NCBI GenBank assembly: GCA_017559445.1
Contig: JAFYSJ010000006.1
Span: 380-64,379, forward strand
Length of the DNA: 64,000 nt
Reading direction: 5' to 3'
From: Clostridia bacterium
GTDB taxonomy: Bacteria; Bacillota; Clostridia; RGIG7378
Below, in pieces: positions 1 through 9,746 of this stretch (the stretch's first letter is position 1; each line of letters opens with the position of its first letter). Made by a program: the position numbers and the translations under genes. The notes beneath the pieces are model-generated. The model did not search any database. It had not been told where the DNA came from and worked only from the letters and a program-made list of their open reading frames with translations.

Positions 1-1
1 A

Positions 2-1807
2 GGTGGTTTCTCCACACTCAACGAGGAAGTTGAGAAGCTCATGATTGACGAGTTCAATGCTATGGTTAAGAGCAAGGAGTATCCCAACGACTATCTTAAG
101 AGAACATTGACACTTTACAAGGCAGCAAAGAATGTTGCAAAGAAGGATAAGGATGGCATTAAGCCAGCCCTTAAGCGTTTGGAGATGATCAAGAATCTTG
201 ACTCCATGTCCGCATTTAACAGAAAGCTTAAGACTCTTGTTATGGAGGGCATGCCTTTGCCTTTCGATATTGCAGTACAGGCTGACCTTAAGGACGCAGA
301 GCATAATTGCCTTTACATCCAGGGCCCTAGCGTAGTTTTGCCAGACGCATCTTACTATAAGCCTGAGATGGCACAGCAGAAGCAGGCACTTATCGGCATG
401 TGGACAAACATGGCACAGATGATCCTTGCTAAGACAGATCTTAGCGCTGAGGAGCAGACTAAGTACTTGGAAGATACACTTGCATTTGACGAAATGTTGG
501 GCGCATTGGTTAAGACTTCTGAGGAGTGGTCAGAGTATGTTAAGGCATACAACCCCATGAAGACATCCAGAGTATCTGGCCTCGTTAAGCCAATTAGATT
601 TAGAGCATTGCTTAAGGCACTCTTTGGCACAGCACCTGAGAAGGTTGTTGTTTTGGAGCCTAGATATTTCAAGGCCTTTAAGGAAGTTTTCAACGAGGAG
701 AACTTCGAGATGTACAAGCACTGGGCATATGTTAGAGCTTTGCTTGGCGCATGCCCTTACTTGTCCGAGGAACTTAGAGATATGGGCGGAATGTTCATGA
801 GAGCAATCACTGGTGTGCCAGTATGCACTCCTGTTGAAAAGTTTGCTTATCAGTTGGCATCTAGCATGTACTCCGAGCCAGTAGGTCTTTACTACGGCGA
901 AAAGTATTTCGGCGAAGAGGCTAAGAAGGATATTACAGAGATCGTTTATCAGATCATCGACACATATAAGGAGAGAATCAAGACTAACGATATTCTCGAA
1001 GAGGCTACTAAGGAGAAGGCTATCCTTAAGCTTTCTAAGATGGGCGTTAAGATGGGTTACCCTGACAAGGTGGATGAACTCTATGACCTTCTCGTATTTG
1101 GTGAGAGAAAGTCCTTGCTCGATATCGTTGCATCTCTTAAGAAGATTAGATTCCAGTATCAGTTGGACAGCATCAACAAGCCTGTTAATAAGGAAGAGTG
1201 GGCTATGCCAGGACATATGGTAAATGCTTGCTACAATCCTTCTGTTAACGACATTACATTCCCAGCTGCTATTTTGCAGGCTCCATTCTATTCTCTCAAG
1301 CAGACTAGAAGCGAGAACTTGGGTGGTATCGGCGCAGTTATCGGTCACGAGATTTCCCACGCATTTGACTCCAACGGTGCAAAGTGCGATGAGAATGGTA
1401 ACATCAATAACTGGTGGACAAAGGCAGACAACAAGAGATTCGACAAGAAGGTTAACCAGATGGTTAAGCAGTTCGATGGCATCGAGCTTCCTTGGGGTAA
1501 GGTAAATGGCAAGTTCATCGTTAGTGAGAACATGGCAGACAACGGTGGTATGGCTGTAACATTGGATATCATGTCCAGAACAGAGGGCGCATCCTTTGAG
1601 GAGTACTTCATGAACTGGGCACGCGTATGGTGCATCAAGGCTAAGCCAGAGTATCTTCAGTTGTTGCTTACTGTAGACGTTCACGGACCAACATGTTTGA
1701 GAGCTAACATTCCTCCAAGAAACTTCCCTGAGTGGTACGACACATTCAAGGTTAAGAAGAGTGACAAGATGTACATTGCTCCCAGCAAGAGAGTTGTTAT
1801 TTGGTAA
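2..1807 (+). CDS. pepO: M13-family zinc metallopeptidase (PepO-like endopeptidase), N-terminus truncated by window edge
   Basis: HEISHAFD (HExxH), ENMADNGG (ExxxD) and NACYNP motifs; reading frame stays open upstream of first ATG to position 2. Confidence 0.88.
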   Translation, partial: GGFSTLNEEVEKLMIDEFNAMVKSKEYPNDYLKRTLTLYKAAKNVAKKDKDGIKPALKRLEMIKNLDSMSAFNRKLKTLVMEGMPLPFDIAVQADLKDAEHNCLYIQGPSVVLPDASYYKPEMAQQKQALIGMWTNMAQMILAKTDLSAEEQTKYLEDTLAFDEMLGALVKTSEEWSEYVKAYNPMKTSRVSGLVKPIRFRALLKALFGTAPEKVVVLEPRYFKAFKEVFNEENFEMYKHWAYVRALLGACPYLSEELRDMGGMFMRAITGVPVCTPVEKFAYQLASSMYSEPVGLYYGEKYFGEEAKKDITEIVYQIIDTYKERIKTNDILEEATKEKAILKLSKMGVKMGYPDKVDELYDLLVFGERKSLLDIVASLKKIRFQYQLDSINKPVNKEEWAMPGHMVNACYNPSVNDITFPAAILQAPFYSLKQTRSENLGGIGAVIGHEISHAFDSNGAKCDENGNINNWWTKADNKRFDKKVNQMVKQFDGIELPWGKVNGKFIVSENMADNGGMAVTLDIMSRTEGASFEEYFMNWARVWCIKAKPEYLQLLLTVDVHGPTCLRANIPPRNFPEWYDTFKVKKSDKMYIAPSKRVVIW

Positions 1808-1873
1808 TATGTAGATGAAGTGAGGCTTTGAGAGCAATCTTGGGGCCTCGTTTTGGTATTTTGGAGATAGGAG

Positions 1874-2824
1874 GTGGTATCGTTGAAAAAGAAAAAGTTG
1901 TTACACGGTATCTTTGTGGGATTTTTTCTACTAGGCGTTTTTCTTTATGTATTAGGAGATATTATTTGTTTTAACCAAGTTGGTGATTACAAAGAAATAC
2001 ATAGTGAATATACGATGCCATCATCTATTAGTCGAGTTTTTATAGACAGGGAAAGACAGCAGATATTTGTATGTTATGACGATGTGTGTTGTATAAACGC
2101 ATATACCTTTGATGGAGAATTTTTGTGGCGCATACAAGCACCTTTATTAAAGGGTGCAGTTTTCGGTTTTGATGAATCTGAGATTCTTGTAGGAGACAGG
2201 ACAAACATATACATATACAGTGCAGATGATGGAAAGTACCTTACAGAGGGAAATATTCATGATATGGGATATGAACAGGAAAAGGTAGATGAAGAAGACG
2301 TCCGAGAAAGTTTAGATGAGTTTTCTTATAGCACGTATAATGTTTACAAAGTTAATGAGTATGGCGAAACCATAACTATTGTAGCTAGACCATGGTGGCA
2401 TTGGATATTTAATATCGACGTTATACTGCTTATAGCATTTGCTGGTGTCGTCGGTATCCTTTGTGTAGTTACAAGAAATAAAAGACGCATATACCTGAAG
2501 ATTATTGAGAAAAAGAAGGATCTAGATTGCGAGAGAGCAGAATATATAAGAGCATATTATGACAATACAGCTAAAGGACAAGTTATATATATTGTTTTGA
2601 ATATTGTTCTAGGTATTATTGGAATTGAATGGTTGGTAATTGGAATTATTCCCCTAACTATTCATTTGTTAGTGGCTACAGCTATATTGAGTGCTCGTAG
2701 AGATAAAATTCGTGTTACTAAAAGAGATCAAGCAATCTTGGAGTATTGCCAATGGAAGACGGTAGTAACGTATTTAGTGGCCTTTGCTTCTATGATTATT
2801 ATTTCGGCAATTTCGCAACTGTAA
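1874..2824 (+). CDS. hypothetical polytopic membrane protein (AT-rich gene)
   Basis: ORF with N-terminal TM, central soluble region, C-terminal TM cluster; start uncertain (possible TTG near 1883). Confidence 0.45.
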   Translation: MVSLKKKKLLHGIFVGFFLLGVFLYVLGDIICFNQVGDYKEIHSEYTMPSSISRVFIDRERQQIFVCYDDVCCINAYTFDGEFLWRIQAPLLKGAVFGFDESEILVGDRTNIYIYSADDGKYLTEGNIHDMGYEQEKVDEEDVRESLDEFSYSTYNVYKVNEYGETITIVARPWWHWIFNIDVILLIAFAGVVGILCVVTRNKRRIYLKIIEKKKDLDCERAEYIRAYYDNTAKGQVIYIVLNIVLGIIGIEWLVIGIIPLTIHLLVATAILSARRDKIRVTKRDQAILEYCQWKTVVTYLVAFASMIIISAISQL

Positions 2825-2839
2825 AAGAAAGGAAACCCA

Positions 2840-3102
2840 TGTTCCCACAAGAATTAGAAGGTGCAAAAATTTTATATTACACAGCAGACGGAGACTACGG
2901 CGATATCTTTAACTCTCGTGGTGAAGTAGTGGATTGCGTGCGCTACATGGCCATTGGCCAGTACCCTAGGGATAAAAAGTTCTATTTGTTCCGTTGTAAC
3001 AAGGACTACAACGTTGCTGTAAAGTGGGCAGATAAGACATTGGAAGAAAGCATGGCAAGAGGAGCGGGAGCTCGTCTAGATGTTCAATGGATAGAAGCAT
3101 GA
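2840..3102 (+). CDS. small hypothetical protein
   Basis: ATG at 2840 preceded by aaggaaa RBS; inner start of ORF 2746-3102. Confidence 0.4.
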
Positions 3103-3872
3103 TCATGGACAACGATAAAATCCGACATATAGCAATGTGCCAGTCTGCAGAGGATCTAGGTTGTAAGGCAGAGGACTTTTTAAGCAGCGAGAACAAAGTG
3201 GTTCCGTTTAAGTTAGGACCTGGCGCTCGCAAGTATCTCAAGGAGCCAATAATTTGCAACCTTGTGTCATACGGTGGCAATGTTGTGGCAGGTGCACAGC
3301 CAGAGGTAATGGATTTAGTAAAGGAGTACGTTAACAAGTATCCCTATTACCATTTGTTTGAGACCCCCAACATGCATTGGCTTAACGAAAGACTGGAGCA
3401 ACTAGATAGCAGAGTTTGCTTTATGGCAGAATACTACTTGCCAGATTTAGACAAGCTACAACGAAACCCATGTAAATACGAAACTAGACTTTTGGAGCCC
3501 AAGGATTTCCAGGATTTGTACAAGGAAGAATGGAGCAACGCCCTTTGCGAATACCGCAAGGAGTTAGATGTGTTGGCCATTGGCGCCTACGATCAAGGAA
3601 AGTTAATTGCTTTGGCAGGATGTTCCATGGATTGTGAAGACATGTGGCAGATTGGAATCGACGTTTTGCCAGAGTACAGGAGACAAGGTGTTGCTAAGGC
3701 TTTGACCAGCAATTTAGCCATGGAAATATTGGATAGAGGTAAGATTCCATTTTATTGTTCAGCATGGTCTAATTTGCCCTCCGTCAGAAATGCCATAGCC
3801 AGCGGATTTGTTCCTGCGTGGGTGGAGATGACGGCTAAGCCCAAATCGGTGGTAGAAAGCATGAATTGTTGA
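3087..3872 (+). CDS. GNAT-family N-acetyltransferase
   Basis: C-terminal RRQGVAKALTSNLAMEIL acetyl-CoA binding-like motif and GNAT fold pattern. Confidence 0.55.
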   Translation: MDRSMIMDNDKIRHIAMCQSAEDLGCKAEDFLSSENKVVPFKLGPGARKYLKEPIICNLVSYGGNVVAGAQPEVMDLVKEYVNKYPYYHLFETPNMHWLNERLEQLDSRVCFMAEYYLPDLDKLQRNPCKYETRLLEPKDFQDLYKEEWSNALCEYRKELDVLAIGAYDQGKLIALAGCSMDCEDMWQIGIDVLPEYRRQGVAKALTSNLAMEILDRGKIPFYCSAWSNLPSVRNAIASGFVPAWVEMTAKPKSVVESMNC

Positions 3873-3971
3873 TGCAATAAAAGGCGGTTTTGAGACAAGG
3901 ATTGTTGTACCAAACAGGAAGAATAGTAGTATTTTATGTAATTACAAAATCTATTTTATTGAGGAGAGAAA

Positions 3972-4160
3972 ATGTTTAATAACAAGAGATTTGTTAAAAT
4001 CCATAAGGAAAACGGATTAAAAATAGTATTGGATACAGAGACAGGCGTAAACTATTTGATTTACGAAGGCGGTTATGCTGGCGGCATTACACCGTTGTTG
4101 GATGAAAATGGCAAGCCTGTTGTTACTCCCAAGGACGAGATATACAAATACTTAAGATAG
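3972..4160 (+). CDS. small hypothetical protein (62 aa)
   Basis: ORF with GGAGAGA RBS 8 nt upstream. Confidence 0.4.
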   Translation: MFNNKRFVKIHKENGLKIVLDTETGVNYLIYEGGYAGGITPLLDENGKPVVTPKDEIYKYLR

Positions 4161-4236
4161 TAACCCCAATCTCTACTAATAGTTTGTGTATTTATTACAC
4201 GCCATTTAGCATAATGTAAAGGAAAGGAGGCGCCAA

Positions 4237-4848
4237 ATGGACCAGTTAAAAATTGGAAGATTTATTTCTAATTGCAGAAAAGCAAAGGGCTTAACTCAAA
4301 TGCAGCTAGCCGAAAGGTTAAACATCACAGACAGGGCTGTGTCCAAGTGGGAGACAGGCAGAGCCCTTCCGGATGCCTCAATTATGTTGGACCTTTGCAG
4401 TTTGCTTGAGATTAGCGTTAATGATCTGCTAAGTGGGGAGGTAGTAGCTATGGAAAATTACAACAAGGAATTAGAAAACAAGCTCATCGAAATGGTGAAA
4501 CAAAAGGAAGAAGCAGACAAGAGACTCCTTAGGATGGAGGTCGTAATTGGAGTATTGTCCGTAATTGTCTTGTTTGTTCCCTTGTTTATTGCAGCTTATG
4601 CACCATTGGAGGATTGGCAGAGAGTGATTCTTATATTCACGGGCTTTATTCCGGCGATAGTTGGTTTTGCCTATGCCATGAAGCTTGAACAGGTGGCCGG
4701 ATATTACAAGTGTAGGCATTGTGGCCACACTTACGTGCCGGAGTTAAAGGCTATGTATAAAGCTCCACATATGGGTAGAACAAGATACATGAAATGCCCC
4801 AATTGTGGTAAGAAGTCTTGGCAGAAAAAGGTTTTGAACAGGGAGTAA
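4237..4848 (+). CDS. XRE-family HTH transcriptional regulator with TM segment and C-terminal CxxC...CxxC zinc ribbon
   Basis: N-terminal LTQMQLAERLNITDRAVSKWETG helix-turn-helix; hydrophobic stretch VIGVLSVIVLFVPLFIAAYA; CRHCGH...CPNCGKK. Confidence 0.75.
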   Translation: MDQLKIGRFISNCRKAKGLTQMQLAERLNITDRAVSKWETGRALPDASIMLDLCSLLEISVNDLLSGEVVAMENYNKELENKLIEMVKQKEEADKRLLRMEVVIGVLSVIVLFVPLFIAAYAPLEDWQRVILIFTGFIPAIVGFAYAMKLEQVAGYYKCRHCGHTYVPELKAMYKAPHMGRTRYMKCPNCGKKSWQKKVLNRE

Positions 4849-4849
4849 A

Positions 4850-5323
4850 ATGAAATTATTATTCAAACAGCGTTTCTTTTCATGGTTCGACAGTTACGAT
4901 ATTTACGATGAAGCAGGCAACACAGTGTTTGTCGTAAAGGGTGAGCTTTCATGGGGTCACTTGCTTCGCATTTACGATGCCAATGGAAGAGAAGTTGGAT
5001 GCGTTAGGGAGAAGGTTTTCAGCTTTCTTCCAAGGTTTGAGATGTATATTAGAGGAGCCTATATAGGTTGCATTACTAAGGAACTTACATTCTTTAAGCC
5101 AAAGTTTAACATCGACTATAATGGTTGGAGTGTAAAGGGAGACTGGTTTGAGTGGGATTATTCCATCGTAAACTCATACGGATCTAACGTGGCAACTGTG
5201 TCTAAGCAATTGTGGAATTGGACAGATACATACGTAATCGACATTAATGACTCGGAAGATGCACTTTGTGCACTTATGCTGGTATTGGCTATTGACGCAG
5301 AAAAGTGTTCCAGACGAGACTAA
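4850..5323 (+). CDS. LURP-one-related (DUF567/tubby-like) family protein
   Basis: MKLLFKQRFFSWFDSYDIYDEAGN...WGHLLRIYDANGREVG pattern characteristic of the family. Confidence 0.7.
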   Translation: MKLLFKQRFFSWFDSYDIYDEAGNTVFVVKGELSWGHLLRIYDANGREVGCVREKVFSFLPRFEMYIRGAYIGCITKELTFFKPKFNIDYNGWSVKGDWFEWDYSIVNSYGSNVATVSKQLWNWTDTYVIDINDSEDALCALMLVLAIDAEKCSRRD

Positions 5324-5335
5324 GATAACATTTCA

Positions 5336-5362
5336 CACGCCTTCTTCGGAGGGCGTTTTTTG
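5336..5362 (+). terminator. rho-independent terminator
   Basis: cgccttcttcggagggcg hairpin followed by T6. Confidence 0.6.
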
Positions 5363-5439
5363 TTGCCTAAAATGGTGGTAAAAGATATAATTTTCCTATG
5401 ACTATGCACATAGATACACAGCAAATTTAGGAGGAAAAC

Positions 5440-6330
5440 ATGGGAATTGAGAGAATGGATTCAAACCAAATAACTAGGGATTATTTTGACAGTCTCCTTA
5501 TTGAACTGAGGCATATAGACAGTGAAATTCCAGACACAAGCCTTACTATTTTTGGCCAGCGTTTCGAGAATCCCATTGCCACAGCAGCTTTGTCCCACTT
5601 GTATAGGACAGCTCCAGATGGCATGACCAAAATGGCTGAAGGCGCCAAGTTGGCAGGTTCTCTCTGTTTCTCAGGCATGGGCGAGGAAGAAGAGATCCAG
5701 TCTATGTGTGCCACAGGTGCAAAGGTTATTAAGATCATTAAGCCACACCAGGACAACCAAGTTGTGTTCCGCAAGATTCGCGAGGCAGAGGCAGCAGGAG
5801 CCCTTGGTGTTGGTATGGACATAGACCATGCCTTTTCGTGGCAGCAGGGATACGACGTTTGCGAAGGTTTGCATATGAGGCCTAAGTCATTGGAGGAAAT
5901 GCGTTCATTTGTGGCAGCAACTAAGCTTCCCTTTGTTGTTAAGGGTGTCTTGAGCGTTACAGATGCACTTAAGTGCTTGGAAATTGGAGCCGCAGGTATT
6001 ATCGTATCTCATCACCACGGTATTGTTAGCCACGCAATTCCACCACTCATGATTTTACCTAAGATTGTGGAGGCAGTTGGTGGCAAAATGGCTATTTTTG
6101 TAGACTGTGGTATCGAAAGTGGCATGGATGCATTCAAGGCATTGGCCCTTGGTGCAGACGCAGTTTGCATTGGCCGTCCCATTATGCCCCCTCTTAAGGA
6201 AAATGGAGCAGAGGGTGTAAGGGATAAGATTTTGGAGTTCAATAACCAGCTCAAAATCGCCATGGAGCGCACAGCATTTACATCCTTGGACCAGATAGAT
6301 AGCAGCGTAATTTATCATCGCAATTTCTAG
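5440..6330 (+). CDS. FMN-dependent alpha-hydroxy-acid dehydrogenase/oxidase family protein (short form)
   Basis: SHHHGIVSHAIPPLMILPKIVEAVGGKMAIFVDCGIESGMDAFKALALGADAVCIGRP aligns to lactate-oxidase SNHGGRQ...GGVRRGTDVFKALALGA..IGRP region. Confidence 0.75.
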   Translation: MGIERMDSNQITRDYFDSLLIELRHIDSEIPDTSLTIFGQRFENPIATAALSHLYRTAPDGMTKMAEGAKLAGSLCFSGMGEEEEIQSMCATGAKVIKIIKPHQDNQVVFRKIREAEAAGALGVGMDIDHAFSWQQGYDVCEGLHMRPKSLEEMRSFVAATKLPFVVKGVLSVTDALKCLEIGAAGIIVSHHHGIVSHAIPPLMILPKIVEAVGGKMAIFVDCGIESGMDAFKALALGADAVCIGRPIMPPLKENGAEGVRDKILEFNNQLKIAMERTAFTSLDQIDSSVIYHRNF

Positions 6331-6338
6331 GAGGCAGT

Positions 6339-7181
6339 ATGAGAATAGGTGGAGGAATTGAGAGACCGTACAGCAATCCTGAGGAATGGGTAGCCTTTGC
6401 TAAGGAGCTCAGATATAGCGCAGTTTTGTGTCCAGTAGATAGCAATACCCCTGCGCATATTAGGAACGAGTACGTTCAGGCTGCAAAGGAGGCAGATTTG
6501 CAGATTGCGGAGGTAGGTGTATGGCGTAACTGTGTGGCTAAGGATTTGGACGAGCGCAAGAGGGCTTTGGATTTTGCCAAGGCACAGTTACAGTTGGCAG
6601 ACGAAATCGGTGCAAATTGCTGCGTAAACATTGTTGGTAGCCACAGTCCAACAGCATGGGATGGATTTGCAGCCGAAAATTATCTTCCCGAATTTTATGA
6701 CTTGGCAGTAGACAGCATTAGAGAGATTATCGATGCAGTTAATCCCAGGAACACTTTTTATACCATTGAACCTATGCCGTGGTGCGTGCCAGATTCGCCA
6801 GAGCAGTATTTGCAGCTGGTTAAGGACGTGGACAGACCAGGTTTTGGCGTTCACTTGGACTTTGTTAATATGATCAACTGCCCAGAGAAGTATTGTTTGT
6901 CTACGGCATTTGTCCAGAAGTGCTTTGACCTTTTGGGGCCATACATTAAGAGCATCCACGCAAAGGATGTGCTTATGGACTCGGCTTTTACAACACTCAT
7001 TCACGAGGTTATGCCTGGCAAGGGCACATTGGATTTTGCTAAAATCCTAAGAATGGCAGAGAATTTAGGGCCGGATATACCAGTTTTCGTTGAACATTTA
7101 GAGGGCTTTGATCAGTACAAATGTGCCGCACAGCATTTGCGCACCGTTGCAGAGCAGGCAGGCATACAGGTAAAGGGGTAA
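6339..7181 (+). CDS. sugar phosphate isomerase/epimerase (xylose-isomerase-like TIM barrel)
   Basis: Family-like pattern; adjacent to FMN oxidase in same direction, RBS GGAGG. Confidence 0.65.
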   Translation: MRIGGGIERPYSNPEEWVAFAKELRYSAVLCPVDSNTPAHIRNEYVQAAKEADLQIAEVGVWRNCVAKDLDERKRALDFAKAQLQLADEIGANCCVNIVGSHSPTAWDGFAAENYLPEFYDLAVDSIREIIDAVNPRNTFYTIEPMPWCVPDSPEQYLQLVKDVDRPGFGVHLDFVNMINCPEKYCLSTAFVQKCFDLLGPYIKSIHAKDVLMDSAFTTLIHEVMPGKGTLDFAKILRMAENLGPDIPVFVEHLEGFDQYKCAAQHLRTVAEQAGIQVKG

Positions 7182-7183
7182 TT

Positions 7184-7849
7184 ATGAAGTTAGCAGTTAG
7201 TGCTACTACCAAGGCCCTTATGGGCTTTGTGTTAATCGGAGCCATGTTGTTTTGGCCAGCAGGCACCTTTGACTATCCAGGAGCATGGATATTTATTGGG
7301 GCCTTGTTCATTCCCATGGTTGCAATGGGAGCGGTCATGTTGGCAAAGTCTCCCGATATGTTGGAACAGAGACTTAAGCATAAGGAAAAAGAGGTTACTC
7401 AAAAGGGCATCATCGCACTTTCAGGTCTTATGTTTCCAGCGGGATTTATTCTCTCTGCAGTGGACTTTAGGCTTGGATGGTCATGCGTTCCAATGTGGGT
7501 GGTATGGGTGGCCACAGGGCTGTTTTTGGCTGGCTACGCCATGTATGCAGAGATTGTGCGAGAAAATGCATATCTTTCGCGAATTATTGAGGTGCAAGAG
7601 GGATAAAAGGTTGTTTCCACAGGTCTCTATGGCATAGTGAGACACCCCATGTACTTGGCAACATTCCTTATGTTTTTGCCTATGCCCCTTATGCTACAGT
7701 CATTCTGGGGACTTGTTCCCTTGGCTATATATCCGATTTTGATCGTCTTCCGTATTTTTAATGAAGAAAAGGTTCTGGAAGAGGGCTTGGAAGGTTACAA
7801 AGAGTACAAGGAAAAGGTAAAATACAGATTAATCCCATTTGTTTGGTAA
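7184..7849 (+). pseudogene. isoprenylcysteine carboxyl methyltransferase (ICMT/PEMT) family gene interrupted by in-frame TAA at 7604-7606
   Basis: ORFs 7184-7606 and 7607/7637-7849 are in the same frame; joined translation ...VQEG*KVVSTGLYGIVRHPMYLATF...EE..LEGYKEYKEKVKYRLIPFVW reconstitutes the canonical ICMT motif. Confidence 0.7.
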
Positions 7850-7859
7850 GGAGAATACT

Positions 7860-8807
7860 ATGAAAGTTTTGAAGAAAATCGGTAAGGGTTTATGTATTGC
7901 ATTGGCAGCAGTTTTGGCGTTGGCATTGCTTGTGGTTGGCGGCCTTAATGTGGCAAAGTTCTTTATTTACTCAGATTATTACGAAATGCACGATAACCTC
8001 TGTGTAAATCCAGGCTTGTGGGATGGATTTATCTGTCAGGGTATTGCTGTAGCAGATGAGCAGGATGTGGTTCTCGTTTCCGGATATATGGATGGAGACG
8101 GAGCATCTCGTATTTACGTAACCACATTGGATAACGATAGCTACTATGTAGAGCTTTTGAGTGAGGGTCAGGAGTTCGATGGCCACGTCGGTGGCATTTC
8201 CGTAGCAGCAGGACAAGTTTTCGTTGCTACAGGCAGCAAGATTTATAGCTGCTCCTTGGACACAGTTTTGAACGCTGAGGATGGAGATGATGTTGAAATT
8301 GGTCCTGGCGTTGAGATTAATAACAGAGCATCTTACCTTTATTCAGATGGTGAGTACTTGTACGTAGGCGCATTTTATAAGGATGGATATTCCTTTAAGG
8401 ATGAGCATGTTTTCGAAACAGCAGAGGGTACACATTCCGCAATTTGCACTAAGTATGCAGTGGATGATTTGACAACACCTGTTGCTATTTATTCCGTGCG
8501 TGATAAGGTGCAGGGCATTTGCTTCACACCAGATGGAGACGTTGTTATGTCTACATCCTACGGTTTGGCAGACTCCTATTACTATGTGTATGAGCTTGAG
8601 GACGCTGTAGATTCTGGCAAGACATTGGACGGAGCTCCAGTTTACTACTTGGACAATGTGGATCAGGTTGTTAAGGGTCCCGCCATGGCAGAGGGCTTGG
8701 ATTATTATAAGGGCCAGGTTATTACCTTGACCGAGAGCGCCAGCAACAAGTACATCTATGGCAAGTTGTTCTTTGCTTATTACATCGTAAGCTTGGATAT
8801 CGATTAA
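7860..8807 (+). CDS. hypothetical membrane-anchored/secreted protein
   Basis: N-terminal TM/signal (LCIALAAVLALALLVVGG), no recognisable catalytic motifs. Confidence 0.5.
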   Translation: MKVLKKIGKGLCIALAAVLALALLVVGGLNVAKFFIYSDYYEMHDNLCVNPGLWDGFICQGIAVADEQDVVLVSGYMDGDGASRIYVTTLDNDSYYVELLSEGQEFDGHVGGISVAAGQVFVATGSKIYSCSLDTVLNAEDGDDVEIGPGVEINNRASYLYSDGEYLYVGAFYKDGYSFKDEHVFETAEGTHSAICTKYAVDDLTTPVAIYSVRDKVQGICFTPDGDVVMSTSYGLADSYYYVYELEDAVDSGKTLDGAPVYYLDNVDQVVKGPAMAEGLDYYKGQVITLTESASNKYIYGKLFFAYYIVSLDID

Positions 8808-8808
8808 T

Positions 8809-9306
8809 ATGCAAAAGATTTTGGTAATTGGTTGTCCTGGTAGTGGCAAAAGCACCTTTGCTAAGGAATTGGCTAAGGCCATGGGGCTCCCATTGGTTCA
8901 TTTGGATATGCTGTATTGGAATTCAGATGGAAACAGGGTGGAAAGAGAAGTCTTTTTGGAGCGTTTGGACCAGACTTTGGTAGGGGACAGTTGGATAATA
9001 GACGGGAACTACATTTCCACCATGGATATGCGAATGAACCTTTGCGACACAGTGTTCTTTTTGGACTATGATGTGGCTGTTTGCCTTGATGGAATTGCCA
9101 GCCGCGTTGGAACCAAGAGGTCCGACATCCCATGGGTAGAGACAACATTGGATGTCGAATTTGCCCAATATGTGAAGAATTTCCAGAATGAGACTAGACC
9201 TACGGTTTTGGAAATTTTGGAAAAACATAAAGATAAAAAGATATTTACATTTACAAACAGAGATCAGGCCCGAGAATTTTTAGTGAGATTGGTTAAGGGA
9301 GAATAA
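8809..9306 (+). CDS. P-loop NTPase, topology-modulation (FlaR)/adenylate-kinase-like
   Basis: Walker A GCPGSGKST at N-terminus, about 165 aa. Confidence 0.65.
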   Translation: MQKILVIGCPGSGKSTFAKELAKAMGLPLVHLDMLYWNSDGNRVEREVFLERLDQTLVGDSWIIDGNYISTMDMRMNLCDTVFFLDYDVAVCLDGIASRVGTKRSDIPWVETTLDVEFAQYVKNFQNETRPTVLEILEKHKDKKIFTFTNRDQAREFLVRLVKGE

Positions 9307-9308
9307 AA

Positions 9309-9746
9309 TTGGAGTTTAAGAGTAAGTTTTTTGATCAGCTAACGACTAGGGATTTGTACGAGATTGTTCGCTCTAGGACAGAGATCTTTTTGCTTGAGCA
9401 GAACATAATCTGTCAGGACTTCGACTGCGTAGATTACGATGCGCTTCATTGTTTCATTGAGGACAAGGACAGAGTTGTGGCATATTTGAGGGCATACCGC
9501 AATGAGGAAGGTCACATTAAGATTGGCCGAGTTCTTTCTTTGGTTCATGGACAGGGTTTGGGACTTAAGCTCATGAACATGGCAATGCCAGTTATTGCAG
9601 AAAAGTTTGGCAAGGAGACGGTGCACATTAACGCCCAGTCCCATGCCATTGGATTTTATGAAAAAGTAGGTTTTGTGGTTACATCTGAGGAGTTTTTGGA
9701 AGAAAATGTGCCTCACGTAGCCATGGAGTACAGGGAGGAAACATGA
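9309..9746 (+). CDS. GNAT-family acetyltransferase (ElaA-like), TTG start
   Basis: ElaA-like length and pattern (LYEIVRSRTEIFLLEQ...), AGGGAG RBS. Confidence 0.55.
   Translation: MEFKSKFFDQLTTRDLYEIVRSRTEIFLLEQNIICQDFDCVDYDALHCFIEDKDRVVAYLRAYRNEEGHIKIGRVLSLVHGQGLGLKLMNMAMPVIAEKFGKETVHINAQSHAIGFYEKVGFVVTSEEFLEENVPHVAMEYREET

Noticed and set aside
355-1837. Long minus-strand ORFs (435 aa and 120 aa) antisense to the M13 peptidase gene
   Set aside because: They are fully embedded antisense to a gene with clear catalytic motifs, show no RBS and have atypical composition, so they are shadow ORFs. Similar antisense ORFs inside glnN, leuS, the PBP and the pot genes were also discarded.
7121-7183. 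Extended N-terminus (MCRTAFAHRCRAGRHTGKGVI) of the ICMT-like ORF
   Set aside because: It overlaps the 3' end of the upstream isomerase gene. An ATG at 7184 with an AAGGGG RBS directly after the upstream stop is a better start.
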